Source: the human T2T-CHM13v2.0 reference genome, Homo sapiens. Taken from it: a stretch of 64,000 nucleotides of DNA. A model generated the notes under the pieces. The model was not told the DNA's origin, searched no databases, and saw nothing but the letters and a program-made list of their open reading frames with translations. Shown here piece by piece: positions 44,662-64,000 of this stretch. The stretch's first letter is position 1; the number at the start of each line of letters is the position of its first letter. Where the stretch lies: assembly GCF_009914755.1 (NCBI RefSeq), contig NC_060925.1, one strand, 5' to 3'. The position numbers were made by a program, and so were the translations under genes.

Positions 44662-47600
44662 GAGGCCAAGAGGCTGCCAGAAGGGAAAAACGGGGCCTGG
44701 AAAGGCCGTTGTGAGGAATGAGCTGGGCCTAAAGAGGCCACTGGCAGGCAGGAGCTGGACCTGCCGAAGTGGCCGAAAGGCAGGAGCTGTGGACTGGGGA
44801 GGCCGCAGTGAGGCGAGAGCTAGCTGGGCGTGGAGAGTCCGCTGTGAGGCCGAGGCCGGGCCCGTGCAGGCCTTCGAGAGGCAGGAGGCCGGGCCTGCAA
44901 AGGCCGACTGGAGATCAAGTTCTGCGCCTGAAGAGGCTGCCAAAAGTCAAAAGCGGGGCCTGGGAAGGCCGCCGAGAGCCATGAGCTGGGCTGGGCCGAA
45001 AGAGGCCACTGGGAGGCAGGAGGAGCTGGGCCTGGAGAGGCTGACTCGAGGAAGTTTTGCACCTGGAGAGGCCGCCGAGAGGACAGAGCTGGGCCCGGGG
45101 AGGCCAACTTGCTGCTCTTCCAGGCCCACTTCCAGGCCGACTTGAGGACGACTTGGGCCTGCAGAGGCCGCCAGGAGGCCCAAGCTGGGCCTAGAGGAGC
45201 CCACCGACCGGAGGCCGTTTGGGGCCTGCAGATGCCATCGGAGGGCAGGAGCTGAGCCTGGAGAGGCCACCGTGAGGCCTGAGCTGGGCCTAGGGAGCTT
45301 GGCTTAGGGAAGTTGTGGGCCTACCAGGGCCGCTGGGAGCTGGGCAGGAGCTGAGTCCAAAGACGTTGTTGGGACCTGGAGTCGGGCCAGAGTCCGGCCT
45401 GGAGACGCAGCCGGGAGGAAGAGCTGGGCCCGGAGAGGACGCCGGGAGGCTGCCAAGTGGGTCTGAGAGGCCGACTTGAGGAGGCCCGGCCTCTGCCTCC
45501 CGCATGGCCCAGCTGTTCCTCCTGGCTGCATCTCCCGCCTCCCAGCAAACAAGCTCTTTTGGCTCAGCTCCCGCCGGCCTTTGTAGACCCCGAAGTTTCT
45601 GCAACCAAGCTCTTCAGACCCACATCCCTTCTCCCAGTGACTGAACAGTCCCAGCTCCGGCTGGAGAAGAGCGTCTGCAAAACCCGCTGTTGCCTCCCAG
45701 GGGAGTCTCCAGGCCCAGCTCTCGCCCCACCGCGACCTCCCAGGCCCAAGTCCCTGCCTACCTCCCAGCAGCCCGCGTGCGACCCTGCTCCTCCCTCACG
45801 GTGGCCTGTTGAGGCAAGGGCTCACGCTGACCTCTGTCCGCGTGGGAGGAGCCGGTGTGAGGCAAGGGGCTCACGCCTCTGGGCAGGGTGCCAGAGGCAT
45901 GAGTTGGGCATCAACAGGCCACCGTGAGGGAGGAGCTGGGCCGCACGCGGGCTGCTGGGAGGCAGGCAGGGACTTGGCCCCAGGAGGCCGCCGTGGGGGC
46001 AAGAGCTGGGCCTGGAGAGGCACCTGGGAGGCAAGGGCGGGGCCTGCAGAGGCTGTTCTCCAACCAGTGCTGGGCCTGTACAGGCCACCGGGAGGCAGGA
46101 GGTGGGCCCTCAGAGCTTGGCTGCAGAAAGTTCGGGGCCTAGAAAGGCGGTTGGGAGCTGGGCAGTTGAGCCAAAAGAGCTTGCTTACTTGCTGGGAGGC
46201 AGGGCCGGGAGAGGCCGACTTCAGGACAACTTGGGCCTGCAGCAGTCGCTGGGATGGAGGCCCAAGCAGTGGCATGCAGCAGTGGCATGGAGGAGCCCAC
46301 CGACCGGAGACCATTTGGGGCCTGGAGATGCCATCGGAGGGCAGCAGCTCATCCTGGAGAGGCCACCGTGAGGCCTGACCTGGGCCTCGGGAGCTTGGCT
46401 TGAGGAAGCTGTGGGCCGACCAATGCCGCCAGGAGATGGGTAGGCACTGAGTCCAAAGAGGTTGTTGAGAGGCAGGAGTCGGGCCTGGAAACGCAACCAG
46501 GAAGAAGAGCTGGGCCCGGAGAGGACGCCCGGAGGATGCAAGTGGGTCTGGAGAGGCCGACTTGAGGAGGTTCTGGGCCCGGAGAGGCCGCCGGAAGGGA
46601 AAAACTGGGCCTGGAAAGGCCGTTGTGAGGAATGAGCCCCATGGGCCTGAAGAGGCCACTGGCAGGCGGGAGCTGGGCCTGCCGAAGCGGCCGAGAGGCA
46701 GGAACTTTGGACTCGGGAGGCCGCAGTGAGGCGACAGCTAGCTGGGCGAGGAGAGTCCGCTGTGAGGCAGAGGCTGGGCCTGTGCAGGCCTTCGGGAGGC
46801 AGGAGGCTGGGACTTTCGGTGGAAAGTCAAAAGCGGGGCTTGGGAAGGCCGCCGGGAGGCATGAGCTGGGCTGGGCCGAAAGAGGCCACTGGGAGGCAGG
46901 AGGAGCTGGGCCTGGAGAGGCTGCCGAAAGGCAGGAGCTTCACCTGAGGATGCCACAGTGAGACACCATCTGGGTCTGGAGGGTCCACTGTGAGGCAGAG
47001 GCTGGCCTGTAGAGTCCGACAGTAGACAGAAGTTGGGCAAAAGGCTGATTTGAGGAAGTTTTGGGCTTCAAGAGTCAGCCACGAGGCAGGCACTAGGCCT
47101 GGAAATGGCCTGACAGTCATGAGTTGGGCCTAAATGGGCCACTGTGAGGGAGGAGCTGTGCCTGTTGAGGCTGCTGGCAGGCAGGCAGAAATTCGGCCTG
47201 GGGCAGCTGCCATGAGGCAAGAGCTGGGCCTGGAAAAAGCCCCTGGGAGGCAAGAGCAGGGCCTGCAGAGGCTGTTCTCAAGTCAAAGCTGGGCCGGTTC
47301 ATGCCACCGGGAAGCAGAAGGTGGGCCTGGAGAGTTTGACTTGAGGAAGTTTTGGGCCTACATTGGCCGCCATGAGCTGGACAGGAACTGGGCCAAAAAA
47401 GGCTGTTGTGAGGCAGCAGTTGTGCCTGTAGACCCAGCCAAGAGGAAGAGGTGGGCCTGGAGAAGCCCCCATGAGGCAGAGGTTGGGCCTCTAGACGCTG
47501 ACAGGAGGCAGGAGCTGGGCCTGGAGAGGCCAACTTGAGGAGATTTTGGGCCTTCATAGGCCACCAGGAGGCAGCAGTTGGGACTAGAGAGTCTGACTTG

Positions 47601-48295
47601 AGTAAGTTTTGGGCCCGGAGATGACGTCCTGGGACAGGAGTTGGGCCTGGAGAGGCCACCGTGAGGCATAAGCTGGATGTAGAGAGGCCAGTGTGAGGCA
47701 AGACCTGGGCCTGTCTAGGCTGCTGGGAGACAGGCAGGAATCTGGCCAGGGAAGGTTGCCATGAGACAAAAGTTGGGCCTGGAAAGGCCCTTGTGAAGCA
47801 TGAGCTTGGCCTAAAGAAGCCACTGGGTGGCAGGAGCTGGGTGTGTAGAAGCTGCTGAAAGGTTGGGAGCTTGGCTTGGGGGGTCCACAGTGAGGCAGAT
47901 GCTGGGCCTGAAGAATCTGCTGTGAGACAGATGTTGGGACTGTAGAGGCCGACGGGAGGCAGAGGCTGGGCCTGGAGGGGCCACCAAGATGCAGGAGCTG
48001 GGCCTGGAGAGGCTGCAAAGAAGCATGAGCTGGGCCTGGTGAGGTCGACTTGAGAAAGTTCAGGGCCTGGAGAGAAGGCTGGGAGGCAGGAGCTGGGTCT
48101 AAAGAGGCCATTGTAACGATGGAGCTGTGCCTGTGGAGGCTGTTGTGAGGCAGTAGCCTCATCTGCGGAGACTGCCGTGACGTAGGGTATGGGCCTAAAT
48201 AGGCCATTGTGAGTCATGAGCTTGGTCTGTAGAGGCTGACTGGAGAAAGTTCTGGGCCTGGAGAGGCTGCCAGGAGGTAGGAGCTGGGCCAAAAG
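44662..48295. repeat. Degenerate G-rich tandem array, ~30-31-bp unit (GGAGGCAGGAGCTGGGCCTGGAGAGGCC-like), with higher-order blocks and an internal inversion
   Basis: gagctgggcctg and gagaggcc recur about every 30 bp across 3.6 kb. The C-rich orientation appears only at ~45485-45812. Confidence 0.9.
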
Positions 48296-48313
48296 ATGTA
48301 AGCACATTTGCAT
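47117..48313 (-). other. 398-aa Pro/Ser/Leu/Gln-rich ORF on the C-rich strand of the repeat array, probably non-coding (lncRNA exon of the LOC729737 type)
   Basis: Longest ORF in the window. Its ATG lies at the MER1A edge and the peptide simply mirrors the DNA repeat. Confidence 0.3.
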
Positions 48314-48715
48314 TTATTAGGCACTTTATTTCCATTATTACACTGTAATATATAATAAAATAATTATAGAACTCACCATAATGTAGAATCAGTGGGCGTG
48401 TTAAGCTTGTTTTCCTGCAACTGGATGGTCCCACCTGAGCGTGATGGGAGAAAGTGACAGATCAATAGGTATTAGATTCTCATAAGGACAGCGCAACCTA
48501 GATCCCTCACATGCACAGTTCACAACAGGGTGCGTTCTCCTATGAGAATCTAATGCTGCTGCTGATCTGAGAAGGTGGAGCTCAGGCGGGAATGTGAGCA
48601 AAGGGGAGTGGCTGTAAATACAGACGAAGCTTCCCTCACTCCCTCACTCGACACCACTCACCTCCTGCTGTGTGGCTCCTTGCGGCTCCATGGCTCAGGG
48701 GTTGGGGACCCCTGC
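48300..48715 (+). mobile_element. MER1A (hAT-Charlie) DNA transposon, partial
   Basis: 'ttagattctcataaggacagcgcaacctagatccctcacatgcacagttcacaacaggg...ctcctatgagaatctaatgctgctgctgatctg...ggggttggggacccctg'. Confidence 0.85.
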
Positions 48716-49135
48716 TCAAGTGCATCCGAAACGACCCTTCCCACACCAGTCTTCACAGTGGTCAAGTGCAGCAACCACTTAGCTCCCAAGGCATGTGCCT
48801 CAGCTGGCATTTCGTCACAATCAACAGTAAGTGGTAGCTTGAGTCACTGTGAGGTCACCTACTGGAAATCACCAGCATCCCATTTCCCACTGGCAAAGAG
48901 CTCAGCACTGCCCCCTGGGAAACCAAACCTATGCCCAAATCCCATCTGTGTGGGTTTATCTCCTGGGACCCTTCCTAACATATTAGTCAGAGTCCAATCA
49001 GGAAGCATAAACCACTCAAAAGTTTAAAGTGGTAAAATTTAATACAGAGAATTATTCATTATAACAGGTGAACAGCATAATGAGAGATTGGCTAGCACAA
49101 AGTAAAGAGAACTCTAGAGAATACAGGACTAGCCC

Positions 49136-50710
49136 AGGCCAGGCATGGTGGCTCATGCCTGAAATTCCAGCAATTTGAGAAGCTAATGCAGGAGGATTGC
49201 TTAAGGCCAGGAGCTAGAGACCGGTCTGGACAACACAGTGAGACCCTGTCTCTATCCAAAAGAAGAAAAAAGTTAGCTGGGGGTGGTGGTGCACACTTGT
49301 AGTCCCAGCTACTCGGAATGCGGAAGTTTGAGCCTGGGAGGTCAAGGCTGCAGTGAGGCATGATTATGCCACTACAGTCCAGCCTGGTGACAGAGCAAGA
49401 CCCTGTCTCAAAGAACAAAACAACAACAACCATTTACAGACAGAAAAGAAATAGAGCTAATAAGCTGAGGAAAGATGTTGAAATGTGACAAGTAAAGTAA
49501 TATGAGTTCTTTTGTCTATGTAAAATAATCAAACAAAAAATGACTTACTAAATTATAATACCCTGTGCTGGCAAAGGTGCAGTGAAATGGGCACTTTCTT
49601 ATACTATGAGGGGTGTTTAAATTGTGTATAAGCCTTCCAGGGTAAAGCCTGTCCATTTTTTAAAATAATGGAGACAGGGTCTCACCATACTGCCATACTG
49701 CCTCCTCCAACTCTTGGCCTCAAGCAATCCTCCTCTCTTAGCCTCCCAAAGTGCTAAGATTATAGCTGGGAGGCACCCAAAACCCTGTCAATTTACATCA
49801 AGGGTAATGAGAATGTCCATTCACCATGACTCACAGTAATCTTACTTCTGGGGAGACAATTCAATCTAAACAAAAGGTCATCTGTACACACACAGTAAAA
49901 ATCTGGGAGTAACTGAAGACAGAGTTGGTAAGTGAAATAAGAAACAGTTATAAGAAATTAAACTATGGTATCAATAGGCACCTGGTAAAAGGTCAGTTGA
50001 TGTTAGCTGCTACTTTTTTGTTGTTTTGAGACAGGGTCTCACTCTGTCACCCAGGCTGGAGTGCAGAGGCCTGATCATGACTCACTGCAGTCTCAGCCTC
50101 CCTGGGCTCAAGTGATCCTCCCACCTCAGCCTCCCAAGTAGCTGGGACTACAGGAACATGCCACCACACTAGGCTAATTCATGTATTTTTCTGTAGGGAT
50201 GGTGACTCCCTTTGTTTCCAAGGCCTATCGCAAACTCTTGGCCTCAAGCCATCCTCCTGCCTCAGCCTCCCAAAGTGTTGCGATTACCAGTGTGAGCCAC
50301 CACACCTGGCCAGCTGCCACTTTTATCAATATTATTATTATTCCACTCAATTAAAAATTATTATTTTCAAGGCTATGCAACAGTATGTATCCTACAGCGT
50401 AATTGTAAAAACATATACAGTCGTCCCTCAGTATACAGAATTAGTTCCAGCCCCCCATCTCTGCATATAACAAAATCCATGCTTACTCACGTTTCGCTGT
50501 CACCCCTCTGGAATCCACGTATACAAAAATTCCAAATATTAGTTGGGCATAGTGGCAAGCACCTGTAGTCTCAGCCACGTGGGAGGTTGAGATGGGAGGA
50601 TCGCTTCAGCCTGGAAGGTTGAGGCTGCAGTCAGCTGTGATAGCACTACTACACTCCAGCCTTGGACAACAGAGGGAGACCCTGTCTCAGAAAAAAAACA
50701 AAATAAAACA
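49136..50710. mobile_element. AluJ-type elements and fragments (49136-49430 +, ~49670-49770 -, 50015-50312 -, ~50535-50710 +)
   Basis: Alu consensus segments. Confidence 0.85.
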
Positions 50711-50715
50711 GGTTA

Positions 50716-51280
50716 GAAATTGTAATGAGGTCTGCTGGGCAAAATTCCATATAAGCAAAGTATAAATTAATAAAGCAAATCGTGATAAATTAGTACGATT
50801 GACTTTCTGGAGTTTCTGACAATAAAAGTAAGGAAAATGCAGAACACAAAGACAGACAGTAAAAAGAGAAATTAGGAAAGCATTCTACATGTTTAATAGA
50901 AAGACACTGGCCACGTTCGTGCAGAGGCAGTATGTCATGACATGACATACCTTGGAGAGAAGTTAACAGATGAGGAAGTTGATAAAAATCATCAGAGAAG
51001 CAAAATACTGGTAGCGACACTCAAGTAAACCATGAAATTTCCATAACTTATGTCAGCAAAGTGGGAATATTGTACAGTGTGTGTTGAAGTTCCTATACAA
51101 CATTGTTTATCTGCCTTTTGTTTGTTTGTAAGGAATGTATATACTAAATGTTCTTCTTGCTGTCAAAAGAATATGTGTGCATAAGTCATTTTAACTTATT
51201 CTTCTGTTTTTCTTTGATCTTCCTGCCATCATCCCACAGCCTTACTTTAGAAATTTTTTTTTTAGAAAATTGAACAAGTG
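50716..51280 (+). pseudogene. Decayed processed calmodulin pseudogene (CALM2-like), CDS from about codon 34 to the stop, plus 3' UTR
   Basis: 50942-50983 reads MTYLGEKLTDEEVD (calmodulin MTNLGEKLTDEEVD). Upstream 'gtaatgaggtctgctgggcaaaattcc' (VMRSLGQNP), 'acgattgactttctggagtttctgacaat' (TIDFPEFLTM) and 'gaaattaggaaagcattc' (EIREAF). Downstream 'caagtaaaccatgaa' (QVNYE), 'atgtcagcaaagtg' (MTAK*) and a CALM2-like UTR 'ttgtttatctgccttttgtttgtttgtaa'. No introns. Confidence 0.85.
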
Positions 51281-51282
51281 CT

Positions 51283-55030
<3,748 letters not shown>

Positions 55031-55034
55031 AAAT

Positions 55035-56520
<1,486 letters not shown>

Positions 56521-56782
56521 GCTTTTCTGTCACCTACCTGCTTAACTGCATAGGAGAGGCAATATGTGGTGCTCATGAACAAAGCAAACATTAAAGTCAG
56601 ACCAAACCCAACATTTGACTCAATCTTAATATCCAGGTGAGCTTGGGCAAATCATTCATTATTCCTAAGGCTTCATCACTCCGTTCATAAAATGGGGATA
56701 ACTGTGGCACCTACCTGTGATTCTGTGAGAATTAATGAAATATTATGCTTGGGGTTACTGTGATCATTATACCTATTCCAAA

Positions 56783-56873
56783 CTATTTGACAAGGACAGT
56801 GATGGATGATGACATCAAAAAATCAGAAACTGCAATGAGGTCTCTCAGGCAAAATTCCATACAAGCAAATTAC
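56783..56873 (+). pseudogene. Second calmodulin retrocopy fragment (EF-hand 1 region)
   Basis: ctatttgacaaggacagtgatgga reads LFDKDSDG (calmodulin LFDKDGDG). It is followed by 'gaaactgcaatgaggtctctcaggcaaaattccatacaagca' (GTVMRSLGQNPTEA-like). Confidence 0.7.
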
Positions 56874-57689
56874 TGTGTCTACAAAGCATTCCTGCCACAC
56901 TTAATTCACCATTCCCTGAACAAAATATGCCATCTTCGTTGTTCAGGTCCGTACAGTGCTGGTTTCCCTTCCCGGGCAGTTTGCGCTATCCCATCTCGGC
57001 CCATTCACCATCCCTCCACCTCCCCCTTCCCTCCCCACTCTCATACAACTCTTCCTCATCTTTCAGGACTTGGCTTCAATGTCACCTTAACTGGAAGCTT
57101 CTCTCACTCTCCAGAAGAGCTTCCCATTGCACTTGATGCATGCACTATTATTTGATCATTTTTAAGTTACAGTCCAAATCTTTTTGTTCCTGAATAACAT
57201 GTTGCCCAGTCAGTCTCTCTTCCTGGATTCAGAAGTCTTTCATGGTAGATCCAGCTGGAAGTGACAAAAAGACATCTTTTGACATAAAGGGATGACACAG
57301 ACAGACATAAGTTCTTAAATGTCTTAAATGTTATGTGAAAATTAAACAGAATTCAAAGACTTGTGGGGAACACTTAGGAGGGAAAGTTACTGGGAATGTC
57401 ATAAAGGGTTAATTTGTATTTTATTTTATTTTTTGAGACAGTCTCATTCTGTCACCTAGGCTGGAGTGCAGTGGTGCAATCAGGCTCACTGCAGCCTTGA
57501 CCACCTGGGCTCAAGTAATCTCACTTAATTTTTATTTGGTTTAAGAAAGTCTTGGTTGAGGGTGGTGGCTTATGCCTGTAATCTCAGCACTTTGGGAGGC
57601 TGAGAAAGGTATATTACTTGAGGCCAGGAGTTTGAGATCAGCCTGGGCAATATATTAAGACCCTGCCTCTACCAAAAAACAGAGTGAAT

Positions 57690-58140
57690 GTGTGGAAGAC
57701 AATTTTTCCACAGACTGGGAGTGAGGGAATAATTTCAGGATGATTCAAGTGCATTACATATATTGTGCACTTTATTTCTATTATTACTACACAGTAATAT
57801 ATAATGAAATGATTCTACAACTCACTATAACGTAGACTCAGTGGGATCTCTGAGCTTGTTTTCCTGCAATTAGACTGTCCATCTGGGGTGATGGGAGACA
57901 GTAACAGAATATCAGGCATTAGATTCTCATAAGGAATACACAACCTAGATCCCTCGCATGCACACTTCACAACAGAGTTTGTGCTCCTATGAGAATCTAA
58001 TGCTGCTGCTGATCTGACAGGACATGGAGCTCAGGTGGTCATGCAAGCGATGGGAGGGGCTAGAAATACAGATGAAGTTTCCCTTCACTCGCCTGCTGCT
58101 CACCTCCAGCTCTGTGGCCCTGTGGTTGGAGACCGCTGCT
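57690..58140 (+). mobile_element. MER1A DNA transposon, second copy (part of a local duplication)
   Basis: Starts gtggaagacaatttttccacagac and shares the internal motifs seen at 48300-48715. Confidence 0.85.
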
Positions 58141-58479
58141 CAAATGCATTCGAAAGGATCCATCCCACGCCATTCTTCAGAGTCATCTTTACTGCTGCAG
58201 TGGTCAACTTGTAGCACCCCTAAGCTCGCAGGACATATGCTTCAACTGGCATTTCACAATCAACAGTATGTGGTAGCTTGAGTCATTGTGCGGTCACTTC
58301 CTGGAAATCACCAGCATCCCATATCCCATTAGCAAGGAGCTCAGCACTGCTCCTTGGATAACCAAACCTATTCCCAAATCCCATCTGTGTGCGTCTATCT
58401 CCTGGTACCCTTCCTAGCATCAATTCTGTATTTGTAGGAGTCCAATCAGGAGACACAAACCACTCAAAAGTTTAAACTA

Positions 58480-63931
<5,452 letters not shown>

Positions 63932-64000
63932 TCAAGAATTACATCGTGTTTCATGATAAAGAAGCTCTAATTTTGCATTTGTTCAAGTATTGATGAGATT

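Noticed and set aside
44659-47670. Many overlapping 70-260-aa ORFs on both strands
   Set aside because: By-product of a GC-rich tandem repeat poor in stop codons. The peptides repeat with the DNA blocks.
44662-48295. A CRISPR array or a true immunoglobulin switch region
   Set aside because: The context is eukaryotic, the units are degenerate and contiguous with no unique spacers, and no Ig constant exons are nearby. Only the compositional resemblance is kept.

Overview
Primate (human or great-ape) genomic DNA with no intact protein-coding gene. It is a repeat-dense segmental-duplication block of the subtelomeric/pericentromeric SEPT14P-CICP type. From memory it resembles the block at roughly GRCh38 chr1:91-155 kb, but it looks like a different paralog or allele. 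Main contents: (1) a duplicated, unprocessed SEPT14 last exon and 3' UTR on the minus strand (36.3-38.9 kb), frameshifted by an apparent 5-bp deletion; (2) a processed capicua (CIC, short isoform) pseudogene on the plus strand (40.7-44.5 kb) whose 3' part is scrambled into forward and inverted fragments; (3) a 3.6-kb strand-asymmetric, G-rich, ~30-bp degenerate repeat array (44.7-48.3 kb) with higher-order blocks, a fold-back inversion and a 398-aa minus-strand ORF; (4) a heavily decayed calmodulin (CALM2-like) retrocopy in two pieces (50.7-51.3 kb and 56.8 kb) that the ORF track barely shows; (5) canonical splice sites for a minus-strand chimeric lncRNA linking the CIC pseudogene, the SEPT14 exon and downstream exons; (6) an old local duplication (48.3-49.4 kb vs 57.7-59.5 kb), a perfect 57-bp-arm palindrome (33.05 kb), a CTCF-like motif, and many Alu, L1, L2, MIR, MaLR, MER21 and MER1 elements. 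I found no evidence of a new functional system. The best leads are the hidden calmodulin relic, the scrambled CIC retrocopy with a possible in-frame CIC-SEPT14 splice, and the switch-region-like repeat array. All homologies were recognised by eye from remembered sequences, not by search, and most repeat boundaries are approximate.
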